From NCBI GenBank assembly GCA_965153455.1, contig OZ234493.1:16234213-16298212 (forward strand): 64,000 bases of DNA, written 5' to 3'. The position numbers and the translations under genes were made by a program. Positions 29,689-43,189 of the stretch are shown here, piece after piece. This DNA comes from Sphagnum compactum. Lineage: Eukaryota. The notes beneath the pieces were generated by a model. The model did no database searches. It was given only the letters and a program-made list of their open reading frames with translations, and was not told where the DNA came from. The stretch's first letter is position 1. Every line of letters starts with the position of its first letter.

Positions 29689-32226
29689 ATCATAACAAAA
29701 CTACACAGGAAAGTCAGTTTTTATGCTCTGTTTCAATTTGTGATCGGTTTGGCGAACCTGCCAATTTAGTACCTATAATTGCTGCTTTTTTCTTGTGAGG
29801 GGTGCATTGTAAAACACCAACACTGTTACATGTACTACATGGTGGAAGTGGGTTGGTGAGTGTTTTGACAATTGCAGGGGTTCGTAGGTGTGTACTGGTC
29901 CTTCCTTGGTGTGTATCATTGGAACCAGTTTGGTTCATCTAGCTTGCTTTTTATATATGTCTTCCTGTGAGCACAGGATGCCCTAGCTTCATGCTGGAGT
30001 GGAGTTACCTGTGTCATTTCAGTTTGGATGCTGATGTGCCTTGCCCTCATGTCGGTCTAGGGTTCACCATAAGGTTGTTGTGCGTTAGCGAAGTAACTTT
30101 TGCCCAGTGGTAAATTAGTTCCTTTGATTAGTGAAAAAGACATGTGTGGTGTCTTATTTCTCCAAAGATTTCTTGACAATTGAATTCAATCATTTTCAGT
30201 CACCCATGGACAATGGAGATCATTTCCGGTTTCCCCTGAAAAAAACCCTAAAAAAAAAGAGCACAAAAGGGAAAAAAAGATCCAACAATGTACCTATCAT
30301 TTTGGAACAGGTTGGTTGATCATTCTAGTTTGCTCCTTATTAGTGTCCACCTGAGCACAGGATGTGGTTACTTCAGTGCTCGAATGTACCAGTGGAAACA
30401 AGGTTGGTTGAAGTACCTCTTTTTGTTGGAAGGGGAACATACTGACTGTCTGCATGAAGCTCTGGAAACACTTTTGGTGAAAGGGTTTAGTGGGTGGTGT
30501 GAAAAAGGTTTGTCAAATCGACTGAGGCCATGTTCCTTTTCATTGTATCTGTTGGGTAATGGTTAGGCATTCAGTGGAGGCGATTAGAATTGTTTCAAAG
30601 TTCATTTCTATATGGAAAATGCAAGAACACCAAAGTACATCTTTAATGACAGGTCTGTGTTATGGGCTTTAAAAGACGTTTTTAGGGTTTAGCTGGAAAT
30701 GCATATGATACCTCTAGGGTTTGGGAAGCTTCAAAAATTGGATATTTGGGTGTGCAGTTTGTTGGCCTTCTTAAGTTAATTATTTCCCCATGATGCAGTG
30801 TCTTTGTGTCTAGAAAGCTATATGCTTATGTCTTTACAACTTTTGTTGGCAGCCTCTGGAGTTAGGTGACTTCAAGTTAGATCGACCATCACTTGCAACT
30901 GGCAAACCATCTTGTTGTGCTAAAAATTTCAAAGTGTTTTTTGTGATCGTAAATTGAGTGGTCCTGTTCCTTTGGGGTATAGATGTCATTCTGCTGAAGG
31001 AAAAAGTTAAAGTTTGTAGAAGGGAAAAATTAGGGGGTTCAAGATCAAATGGCCAAGTCTGATGAAGGGTTGGAGGATGGAGATGTGGGATCAAACAACA
31101 AAAGGTGGGGCTCAAGAAAGAGGAAGGTGCGGCATGAGAGGAAATAGTAACAGATGTTGTAGGAGTACAGGGGTGAATACAGACACCGGTTCGAAAGCAA
31201 CACGATTTGGTACCACAGATAATAGGAGTGGTTGAGGCAGCTGTGGTTGGTGGAACTGATTCTTGACCAGGCTGCTTTGTTGCCTGAAACTGAGGAAGAG
31301 GACAAATGCACAAATGATTCCGTTGGGGGAGAAGGGAGTAGTTGAAGATTTTCAAGAAAGAAAAGGTACTTGAATGTACTTTTGGGCAAATTGGATTACA
31401 AATTGTCATTCTTCTTCACAATGGGCATCTACTCCTTTTGTTGTTTGAATGTGTTCCCTAAATATTAGGAGGGTGGATTTGCAACAATATCCTCTTTTGC
31501 TGCAATTTTAACTTTTTATTGATGTTGAGTGTTGAAGCTAGATTTTTTTCACTGTAGATGATAGTGATGAAGTATTGTACCCTAATATCAGATTTCCTGC
31601 TTCGTGGAACTCTGCAGCCACAAAAGGAGGAAAGAAACTGAATGTGGGTTTTGTTTCTTTCTTATGAAAGTGGAAAGTGGTTTCCACGGTGTGTAAAATG
31701 TGATGAAGAAGCTGATGATCATGCATGAACATGTAGGAAAAATTTGTGCCCCATTGGCACACCCATGAGAGAAATGTGCATGTCATTGACACACTTTTTG
31801 GAAGATTACATGGAATTGCACGCAAGTACTATTGGCCTGTACTGCAGGCAGAGAAAGCTAACGGTGCAGTGCAAGTAGCCATGGAGAGAGCCAAACAAAG
31901 TGGATGTGGAGCAACCTGGGCAAAAGCCTAGGCAAAAAGTTCCAGTGCAAGCAACTTTGACAAGTTGTGCATTCCATGATAACTTGGAACAGCAATGCCT
32001 TCAAAAATTCCCAGCCCACATTCAATTTAAATAACTCAGAAGTGGACTGCTTGGCTTTCCCCCTGCTTGTGATCCTTGAAGCTTGATACAGTGAATACCA
32101 ATATAGGTTTGATACTTCATGATCATATCTTACCTCCTTACAAATGGCAGATTGCATTTCAATTTTTCTATAGTTCTGAGAGGAAGAAAAATCAAAACAG
32201 ACATAAAAGTTGAGAAAAAAGCTGAG

Positions 32227-34270
32227 TAAAGGTTCATTGTTCAGAGTAGGTATTTGTCTTCTCTGTGCAGTAGGTAGAAAAGTAGATAGCACAATGTTTT
32301 GCTAATGGATAGTTGAGTCTCCAGCTCAAGATAATATTTTCTTTGCTTGCAGCTACAAAATTGTTGGGCCTGTTGGCAATGTGGCCATCTAGTAATGCAG
32401 TGCCGCCTTTAGACTACGTAACAAATGCAACAGACCTGCAGGTAATTTTGGTGCAATCATCTGCAAAAACTGACTACACAAACTTGCTGGGTTTTGCTAC
32501 CCACAGTCCTCTGTAACCCAAGAGTTCAAAGCAGCAAAGGCATATGTATTGAAATGAACATGACTCAGTTATTTTGAATTCAAGTGTTTACCGTGTGGTC
32601 TATGTAGTCTGATGCCATGGGAGTGCAAACACAGCTGGCTTGATGCAGGGCTCCTGGTGTGTCAGCTAACCCTCTTATATCAGCAATCTCAAATATGAAA
32701 GAAGCTGCCATTCAAATAAAGTGACAAACAAAGGTGCATTTGCCATTGCCATGTTTTCATGTCATTTTTGAAGTACTTGGTATCTGTGTGCTCACTCAGT
32801 GAGCCTAAACTTTTGCATTCTCTGCCTCCAAACCTTATTCTTTCCAATACATAAGACCAAGCCTGGGTTGCACACTTTGAAACAATTATGTCAATGGGGA
32901 TAATTACAGGTTTTTTGCTTCCTATTTGGCAGCTTGATGAAGTTGAATGGCTGTCAAAGGGGCCGTATGCAGAAGCACAGCAACCTCAAGGCTCATTTTT
33001 GCCCTCAGCAGTACTGGGAAGGAGATTTGTAAATGACCACTTGGTGCAGGTGGAGTGAGCTTTCCTTTGATGGTAAGGGAATTGGACAATTTTGGTACAA
33101 GCATCTGGTATGCACTATGCACTGATGTCATTCACATGTCATGTACTGCAATTCCCCATATTTTCAGAGAATCCAGTGCTTGAGAGAGTGGAAAGAATTT
33201 CCTGAGTGCAAGTTTCTAGGCTATCTGAGAGAATTGCTTTATTTGTAGAACAGAAAGTGGGTCCTATCTTACATTGTAAGAAACATCGACTGAACCCATG
33301 ATGCACTTGCCACATTAGATCCCTTCATCTGTTGGTGGTACTACTGTGGCAGGTGTATGGAAAGCATCTATGGAACTTATGGAACTACGACATTTCCAGG
33401 CATCCAGACTGCTCTTGCTCAAGCCCTGGATGAAAGTAATGAGCATGATAAAATGGTGCAGAAAAGCAACAATGGGCAGCAGTGCAGCATGAGATATGGT
33501 GATTGCACATGTGGTAAAGCGGTCTGCCCTCATTTTGTGGGGCTCACTAACATGAAGGCAGGTGTGGAGGACCCCAACCAAAGTGTTATTGGAAAAGTTT
33601 GCATCTAAGAGAAAATAAATTTGCCCAAAATGCTGATGACAAACTTTGGACCAAAAGGATGATAATCTTACAACTGATGAACTCTATGTAAACCTATAAT
33701 TAAAAACCATCAAACGTCAAACAGCCATTGCGCACTAATCCTTCAAACCATGATGAGCCTTATCTGATGTTAAGCTTGAAATTGATTGAAAACAGCTATT
33801 GCTTAGATTGTTTGTTTGCCCAAAGTTATTTCCAAATTGTATTAGATATATGCTCATCGTTAAGCTTATGTTTGACCACCTTTGTGCTTACTACAATGTG
33901 TTTTGATGTTACAACTATCTTGAATATCTAGGAACTTCAAATGACATTTAATGAATGCACTCATTTCTTATATGGTTTTTGATTTCAATTTAGATGGTTT
34001 TTGGCTGTTGCAGATTGGAGATCTACAATGTGGGCTTCTTTCGACCCCATTGTGGAAAGGGAGGAGGAGGAGGAGGAGGAGGAGCAAGCTTGAGAAGGTG
34101 CTCCAAATCCTCCACCTCAAAACAAAGGAAGTCACTCTTCATTATGCAATGTTGGACAATGATTAAGAGTTTTTCTTTCCCCCAAGAGTCATGAATCACC
34201 TTATAATCTTGGGTGCTATTCTCCTTGTTAGTTTAGAAGCTTGATGTTTTTATTTTGTTTTGTAAGTTTT
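32227..34270 (+). pseudogene. Glutamate carboxypeptidase II (AMP1/LAMP1-like) pseudogene, copy B: 3' exons and 3' flank only, inverted relative to copy A
   Basis: 32227-32523, 33137-33425 and 33725-34270 are reverse-complement matches to ~7642-7345, ~7345-7050 and ~6860-6390. Extra exons 32608-32733 (VSANPLISAISNMKEAAIQIK*) and 32933-33107 (RRFVNDHLVQVE*AFL/DGKGIGQFWYKHL). C-terminus WAAVQHEIW*/IAHVVKRSALILWGSLT* ends at 33555. Contains stops and frameshifts. Confidence 0.88.
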
Positions 34271-34589
34271 AAATTTTTTATTTCTAGTTGAGTCTTAAGT
34301 CTTGATAATAACCATGAAAAAACACCTTGATATGAAGCATAAAACCATGTATGTGAAATATTTAGAATAGGCAATTAATTGTCTCAAAGGTCCACTTGAA
34401 TGAACATTAGTTACTAAGAGGGTGCATGTTACACCAAATGTCATTTTTGGTTTTTTTCTTCCACAAATCTCTTCCAAAAGAAACACTTTTGTAAAATATT
34501 TAATGTTTTTTTTTTGTGATCAAGGGTTTTATGCCATTGAACATTGTAGAATCCATTTGCAAACATTAACTTGCAAACAAGTTGTGCCC

Positions 34590-36380
34590 TAGGGTTGTTT
34601 TTCCATCTTAGAGAATCTTTGTGAGAAAAGTTATGATTTCCTTGGTGTAGAAAACATTGGCAGACCATGTGCAACTTGCTTTAAATGGATGTCTTTCAAT
34701 GATTTGCACCTTCAACCTTTAGATGTGAAAAGGTGGACATAATGTGTTTGATGTTGTGGTGAATTTTTTGTCCAATATTGAAAGCCAAAGCATGTTTGCA
34801 TTGGGCTCTTTGAGGCAAATAATATATCTAGTGCAACTATGTTTGCCAAACTATAGCACCTACTTGACAAGTTTTCATTCACTCAAAAAATTATTGCTTT
34901 TGTAAAGCACGAGGGGGCCTATTTGGCTACTTATGCTACGACTTTAAATTATGTGATCTCATGTAACAACTTGGGCATGTTTGAGCCATTTGGTGAGTTT
35001 TGCTTTTGGGCATGTTTTATCTAAAATTTGCCAATATGTTACTACTAATAAAAACTTGTTTGAGGTTTGAAATATGCCTCTATAAAGTTAATTCATTCTA
35101 ACATTCAACAATGTATTATTTGGCCCAAAAAATCATGCAAGGGCCAACAAGCTTGGGACCAAACTTGTGAGGATTCTAGATTGAGATAAAAAAGGTTAAA
35201 CACATTAATGAAAACAATGTAATTATATTTTTCATCCTTTTTTTGATTTTAATTGAAATTTATTTGAATTTTGTTGAATTTTGCTATTTGCGTGATTCAT
35301 TATTTTTTCAAATTGTGAAATTTATTTGTTGTCTTTTTATTTGAGGTTTGAAAGTTAAGTGTTGTTGTTCTGAGATGTGCTTACATTCCAAAAACCCATT
35401 GCATTGTGTTATAATCAGCAGAATGTGGCATTGTATAATCAAGTGCCTTCTCCAAGGACTTCGGCAATTGTTGATGCTATGGTCAAAGTTTTATCATCTA
35501 TTGTGATTGGATGTGTTTTGAGCCAAAGTTGTGTGCATAATTTGGCTCCATGGGAATGCCTTGTAATTCATTATTGTGACATGTCAAGATCTTAAACAGA
35601 GCTAGCAAATTGGGTTATTCTTAATGGCTTGGCTAACCCAAAGGCAAATTGTTTTGACAAAAAGTTGCAAGCAATCATGTGAAAATGAAGGAGGAAGTGT
35701 TTGCAGTCCTTTTACTTTTCATCTCCTTTTTGAATTGTTTTCACAAGAAATAAAAGGCATAATATTTTAATTATCATGTTAGATCCCAAGTCTAATATCA
35801 TGTGACTTATCCATAGTTATGTGGGACACCAAAGGGTAGCAATTTTGGCTATTTAGAATGATGAATAACTGTTGTTAAATAGTTCCCTTTGTTGGTGGAA
35901 TGTTACAAGCTTTTCATGCCTACTCCAATACTCAATTGAACAACCTCAAATGCAAGGCATTGTAATTGATTGTGATGATATTTTTCAAAGCATGGAAATG
36001 AATCCCAATAATATTGAATAGATTATGTCAAGGGTACTTGATGGCTTTTGATGTTATCCCATTTATGCAAATTGCAAATGTGCCTTAAACTAGTGGGACA
36101 TAAGTTTCCCACAATTGCAATGTTGGAAAGACAATTTCTTAACATTCCAACAAGCCAAATTGAATTAAGTAGATTTTTTTTTGTAGTTGGGCTCCTAGTG
36201 CACTTCATCATTGTCATATTCACATTGGCCATCTAGACTAATTGATATTTACTAGCAAAAACTAGCCAAATGTTACCCACAGATTAGATGCACATAGCCC
36301 ACTGACTTTGCAAGTGCTTGTAAACTTAATATAATTTTAACAAAAAATCTAGATGTTGAGTTCAAGGATGAAGTTGAATA
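34590..36380 (+). mobile_element. Degenerate hAT-superfamily transposase, nearly full coding span
   Basis: Remnant motifs CTFNL*M*KGGHNVFDVVVNFL (TxDxW catalytic region), KIIAFVKHEGA, IIWPKKSCKGQQAW, IIMLDPKS and the C-terminal dimerisation signature KFPTIAMLERQFLNIPTSQIELSRFF. Many stops and frameshifts. Confidence 0.8.
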
Positions 36381-39300
36381 GGAAGAATTTTCGAATGTGT
36401 GTGAACCATTTTCTTTGACAATGTGATGCAATATTTTCATGGCAATTTTGTTGTTTTCTGCAATGTGTAGATGTTTGCAACTTTTGATGATGATGTGCAA
36501 TTGAAGACATGCTCATTTGGTGTTTGTGTTGATGCAATTAGATATGGTAAACACATTTTTATTTGTGGTATGCATTATGCATAAGGCACATTCTACCATA
36601 TTTATAAGTAGGTTATATGAGGTTCTTGAAAATATTGATTGTGCCAAATGTCAAGGTTCTTGGTCACTAGACTAGCGGTTTCTAAATGAATTTTGTGTTG
36701 CAAAATAATCATTATTATTTGGTTTCTGGAACTTTGAACCACATCTAACAAACATGTTACATGTGATTCATTAAGACCTTTTAACTTTCATTTACTTAAC
36801 GATATCATGTAACATAATTGTGTGTAGTTCCACAAAAAATACATATTCAGTTTTCCAACTATTGAAGTTCATTACACTTCAATGTTTTTTTCTCTATGAT
36901 TATGAATTATGAAGTCCATAGATTGTCAATACTGTTGTTTTAATACAATGCCAAACATGTGCTCATGTGAGGACCTATTTGTCCCTTCTGACCCTTTCAC
37001 CTCGACTTTATGCAAATACATATATAACGCATTCAACGAAATAGAAACTAAGTACAAACTTAATTATTTTAAAACTTGGGGCATTTTGTTTGAAGGATTG
37101 ACAATACCAAAAGAACTAGCACAATACTAGTATTTGGGAAAACCGCTTGGACTATTCTCAACTAGATGTTTGATAAAAACATGTGCCTTATTCCCTCAGA
37201 CACAAGTTTTGAGACACATAGACTTGACTCATTCTTTTAAAATATGAATATGTGAAAGATTTCAAAACTGTCTGTTCTTAAGTTGAAAGGAAAACAGAAG
37301 ACTAGCCTTGGAGGGTCTTTCAATCCCTTAAAATCTATTATACCAATATTGAAAAAATCAAATACTCACACAACACTAGTTGAGACAATCCCAAAATAGA
37401 TATGTTGTAATCTCCTCCTTTGGGTTCCTTACATAGGTTAAAGGGTAGAGCTCAGGGCAAAGGATATGAGATAAAGTGAGGAGCTATGGGGGAACATGTT
37501 GAGGAACACATTGGGAACTTGAACGTTATGTTGAAAACCCATTGAGAACTCGATGGGAATTTCATGAGAACACATTGAGAACAGCAAAAATCCAACACCC
37601 TCACCTACCCCAAATGAAACAAAAGTTGGGCCCCCTGGGTATGGGCTTGACCATTATGTTGTACATCAGGGGAGGTCACAGATTGAATACCCAACTTGAG
37701 ATTCGACAACTCGAGGTCAGATGGTGTGCATGTGTGTAGAGTTAGGTTCTGCTTGTAGGGAGCAGGTATCATGTTTCCAATTCTTTCAAAAGTTGGGAGA
37801 GGGGAGTGGCCCAACATCTTCTGATTGAATCATGTTCAAGGAGTTATCCAAAGGAGGCTGTAGTTAATTAGACTCATGCTGCTAGGGTACCTGGGCTTTG
37901 GTCATTGCTGGGTGTACCCCTGAACTTGATGGAGAGTGGATAAAAGTTTAGGCATGCTGTGAAGAAGTAAGGTAAGGACTATTCCAGGTGCAGAGCCCTT
38001 GCCACTGGCCAGAAGCAATCCATGATTCAAACAAGCACGAAGAAGGAACAGCTAGAAGGATTTCTTTCCAGATAAGCACTCTCAGAACAACACACTGGAA
38101 GAAGTGGAAGAAAAACAATACTGCAGAAATACCCGCAAAAGAACACACACACACATACAAGCAGTATAAACAAACATGACTAGAGGGGTAATAACAAGAG
38201 TAGCATGCATCGTGGTAAACCCCAAAGAAAGAGTAGCAACATCACTGTGTGGGTGACAGATAGATAGATAGAGATAAGACGTGCAGAACATACCAGGCCC
38301 ATTCCATCAAGACCCACAAGCCATTCAGGATGAGCAGAGAGCATCTGCAATGTTTGATCTCTGTGTAGCATAGTCGCACCCATATCAGTGGCAGCACTCC
38401 TACATGCTTGAGCACTCCTGGATGCCAACTTAATTGTGCACATTGCTTTCCTCCACCCTACTCACCCAGCATCTGATAAACAAAAGACATAATCCCTCTC
38501 CAAGGCTCTCCTAGCGCATTATGTTTTTACGTTTTCATGAGTTCTGTAAGTACCTTTCAATACCATTTTCCTGGATCTTGATTTTCTCACTCCATAACTT
38601 AGCATATTTAACTAGTTTGAGTTCTCTGTTGGGAAACAATGATGAAGTGAAGTCTTAATCAAAGTTTGGTTGCAAAATTTATTTTTTTAAAGAATATCCA
38701 GAAAGAAGGAGCTATCAAAGCCCAAAGAAAGGGGGCTTAGACTTTTATTGTTTTAGCAACAAGTCTCTAGTACACCTTGTTATCAGGAAAAACAATGTTT
38801 TCTACCAACACTTCACTTAAAACCTGAAGAAAATCTTGGAAATTTCAAGGCACAACCATCAAGGAAAGCAATCGATAGGTAGTTGTAGGTATGAAATACG
38901 AAAGCTTAAAAGACTTTGTGCTGCAACAAAATGAAAAGACCCAAGACGGTTGTTTGTGTGAATTGGAGTAAATGTGGAAAAAAAGAAGGCAAGGTACCTT
39001 TTGGGAAGCTTTTGGAAGGTCAAACATATTAAAAAACACCACAATCATCCATATTTTATATGAATTTTACTAGCATTTCACACCGGGGATTAAAAACCTC
39101 CGTTGAAACCTCATCTTGTAAGATAGGTGCATCAAAGGAATCCTCACCATTATCAATGAAACAAGGAGTTGGAAGTCTACTTATGGTCCCCGCTCGTGGA
39201 ACATACATATTTTACTTGTGACATCTAATGCATGTTGCACACAATTGCCCTTTAGCATAATTAAAGATTAGGTGCAAATTGGTCTTCCAAGCAATTGTCC

Positions 39301-39919
39301 AAAATCCCCTTCTAAAGCTAATAAGTAATGCACAAGTAACATACCTTCAATTTGCAAACATCTATAAGCTTGTTTGGCTATTGGACATCTTTAGCATTAG
39401 TGTGACACACAACAATGACTCAGTTATAGTTCCAAGGTTGCATTGAAAGCTAGCTTCCATATTGTAGATTTCACAATCCCAGAAAAAGGGGGTGGCGCTA
39501 CAACAACATAATGTCAAACCTTTTCAATTGCCATCAACAAAACAACTTTGAAAGTTTTGGGACTTGTCAATGCTTGAAAAAAGAGAAACCCTAAACTTGG
39601 AAACCTGAAGGTTAAGCTATAACCTAAAAGATCCCTACCCTATAGGCTAAAACCTACTTAAAAACCCTTTGGGTATTAAAAAAGGGTAGACATAAGGGCA
39701 TTTGGCTAATACCCCATGCCACTTTTAGCTATGGGTCAAGTCTGAGTATGAACATCAAAAATTAAAAAATTGTTGGGTATGGAGGCGGGGACCTTTTGTG
39801 AAGGAAAAAGTAAGCTTGAGAATGAACCCTCCAGATATAAGAGAAATTTTCTGCCAGTGCTCTAACTCACATAGATCACACCCCTTGTGCGGGGGCTGAG
39901 GCTGCAATGTGAACAATGG

Positions 39920-40190
39920 CTAACTTCAGTGGTTAGCTTTGTATTAACCATCCACATGCATCTACCTACCTAGTGCACACCCAAGTGCCTTTATTACATA
40001 GCAACCACTTACATTCCCTAACTACTTACTTTTGATACCTACTCCCTTAAGTACATACCTACTTAATGTGAGTATTGTGAGGAGGAAGTAGGAGGTCCTA
40101 TATATAGGTTACCCAGGTGGAACTCAGTTGTGGTTCATCTACAATTGAGTCCTAAGCCATAACCCACATCCAATTTCCACTTATCATATG
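39920..40190. repeat. Interspersed repeat; inverted copy at ~47300-47530 and partial copy at ~16720-16805
   Basis: AACCATCCACATGCATCTACC and GGTTACCCAGGTGGAAC..GGTTCATC here are reverse complements of GGTAGATGCATGTGGATGGTT (~47478) and GATGAACC..GTTCCACTTGGGTAACC (~47330). Confidence 0.7.
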
Positions 40191-40574
40191 GTGAAGTTGT
40201 AGGGGAGGTTAATTTCCGAGTGGGTTTTCCTGAGGGAGGGGTTTGAAGCCCTAGGGTTCTCCTCTCAGTGTGGGCTTGTAACAAAGCCATAAAAAATTGG
40301 CTCCCCATAGGTCATGTGTGGATTGTGGGGGTGGGGTTTTGAGCATCCCTATAGGTGAGTTATCCATGTGAAAAGCCAAAAGCTAGCCTATCAGACTGCA
40401 TGTCCTATCAGACTGCATGTCCTTTCAGACTTGTACAGAATTCTTCACAACACTATTATCTTCTAAATTATTATTCTTAAAAAATTAGGGTTTTAAAAGA
40501 GCTTGAAAACACACACCCCCCAATCCCCTCCCCCCCCCATGTTCCAAACTATAATCTAGTAGATAAGGCCATAA

Positions 40575-41235
40575 ACCTCACCCCCCAAAAAAACATTGTT
40601 TTGTTTTCACTATCTATAAAACTAGACAAGAACACAATCACACAATTTTCTAATTATATTTCCTTATTATTAGATATAATTACAAACCCCGCTTCTAGCC
40701 CCCAAATAAAAACCCACTATTAAATTTTCCCCCATTTTATAGACAAGACAAGAACACATCACACATTAAAAAATAAAATCTTCCCTTATTAATAGATATT
40801 ACAAAAATATAACCCCCCAAAAAAACTGTTTGAATTTTTTTTAATCTATAGGCTAGACAAGAACAAATCACACATTAAAAAAATTTATCTTCTTTTATTA
40901 ATAGATATTACAAAAATATTCCCCCCCAAAAACACTGTTTGAATTTTTTTTTAATCTATAGGCTAGATAAGAACACATCACACATTAAAACAATTTATCT
41001 TCCTTTATTAATAGATATTACAAAAATACCCCCAAAGAAAAATTAACTGTTTGATTTTCTCTAATCTATAGGCTAGACAAAAAGCACATCATATATTTAA
41101 AAAAAAATTATCTCTCCTTATTTATTAGATTTTGCAAATAAACAGCCCCCAGAAGAACACTGATTAATTTTCCCTATTTATAGACTAGGCAGGAACACAT
41201 CACTCCATTTTCAGATTATATTTCCTTATTATTTT
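40575..41235. repeat. AT-rich tandem repeat, ~110-120-bp unit, about 6 copies
   Basis: The block CTATAGGCTAGACAAGAACACATCACAC...CTTATTAATAGATATTACAAAAATA..CCCC recurs near 40624, 40741, 40856, 40966, 41075 and 41187. Confidence 0.9.
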
Positions 41236-43189
41236 TGTAATAAAAAAATGTGGAAAAAAATTAATATTTAAAAAAATTAAAAAAATCCTATTTAATAATG
41301 TCAACCCTTGAAAGCCTCCTATAGTCCAGGGAAAAGGGGGGGAAACAAAATGACCAATTTAATAAAAAAATTTAGGGCATTAATTCAAAAAGGGCCTCCA
41401 ATCATCATCCATTAGTGATATGTGGGACCCAGTTTGAAAAAGTGGGTACTAGGAATTTAGGCAACTTCCAGCAGTGGGCCCCAATTTTATGAACTAGAAG
41501 ACTAAAAGTGGGTACTAAAAGAGATGCTAAATTTGGAACTGGTCATCACTTTCTGGCGCTATTTATCTACGTACTCCTGCGCTATTTGTGCCGCTATTTT
41601 GGAGCCTGATTAAGCCTGTTCTCCCGCTAAACAGCCGCTAGATATGGCGGGCATTTTGATTTCGCGCCCTTCCTAAACGCGTTGGCAATAACTTCCTCAA
41701 GCGCTGATTCAGCTCTTTTTTATCTTCACTTCAATTTAATGAGAACTTGGTGATATAGTGGCACAACCCTTTTTTTTTTTTAAAAAATTTTTGTGGGGGG
41801 CTCCCTGTAGGAATTTTTTAAAAATGGTTTCTCTTCAAATTTTTACCCAAATAATTTGAACCCATTTGATTTTATTTTGATATGTTTGGTCACCTTTGTT
41901 TATTAAAATGTGAAAAAAAATTAACCCTATTTAGTTGGGAAGAGTGAGAGGTTTTTGTATGATTGAATGGGGGTGAGGGTTTGGACTAAAGTGGTGTGGT
42001 TCTTCATTTAAAATATATTAAAAAACTTCGGTTTTGACATTGTAAAATTTATTTGGAGTTTCTTTGGGTGGGGTCTTTGAGCCCCAATCTTGCAAATTTA
42101 AAAATATTTTGATTTTGATTTTTAACACATTTTTCAAATTCCAGAATTTTTAGGCTTGATTCAACAAATCGAGTTTAATTTCATGCACACATTACGCACT
42201 CCCCCAATGCTACATAGATTGAATGAGCACAAAGTTTGGCAACGAATTAAAATAAGAGTCTATAATATATATATAGATACAAAGTTCAAAAACTAATTAA
42301 AATTAATGTTTGATTTTAAAGTTTAGCCTACTTGTAAAGTTTCAAAAATGAATCACTTTTCTTACTTAAAGTTTTAAACATTGTTTTAAGAATATTTTTC
42401 CATAGTTCCAGTTTTTGTTTTAGATCTAACGAAAGATTATTTCCATGATCTAGTTCTTATGTTGGTTCCAACAAAAGGGTGTCAACTCATGTTCAAGTCA
42501 AAAAACTTGGATTTAAACTCTTGATTTTTACTAACTATTAACACAACATTGATTTGGACTTGGGACCTATGCTAGGTAGATCTTTTATCAATCATCTTTA
42601 GTTCCGGTCTTAAATTTTTTTTTTGAATTGTCTTGGTTTCGATTCCACATATAAATGGATTTAAGAATCTTTTTATGGTTCTGGTTCTTCAAAACAATTT
42701 TTTTTTTTTGTTTTGGGTTTTGAAAATCAGGTTTAATTGTAATCAAGTTTTTATTAATTCAGAAAAGAATTGGTAATCAATTTTTTCTTCTAAAACATGT
42801 ATCTTGGTTTTGTTGAACATATAAATAGAATTATGAATCTAGTTTTGGGTGTAGTTATTATTTAAAAAAATTAGATTTTAGTTTAAAAATTCTCCAATTT
42901 GGTTTTTAGAACATCTCGACCACAATCCCATAAATGAACTTGTTGCAATTGTTAGTGGTCCCAAAAAGGTAGCACCACCTATGTATCCAACCGATACAAA
43001 CTTGTTGACCCTAATAGAAATCCATTTTCTAACTTGCATTTTTGTGTGGGATATTGAAACTAGGGTGGGGCTATTATCAAATTTTTTGATGGTAAGTGTT
43101 AAAGGTAATGATGTCAACCTTTGTGAAAGAACTTTTTACACTGCACGCATAAGGCAAAAACATTACAATATCAAAGAACAAGAAAGGAA

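Noticed and set aside
30834-31931. Broken ORFs downstream of the kinase (e.g. HTHERNVHVIDTLFGRLHG)
   Set aside because: Probably a transposon relic, but no family-diagnostic motif could be assigned.
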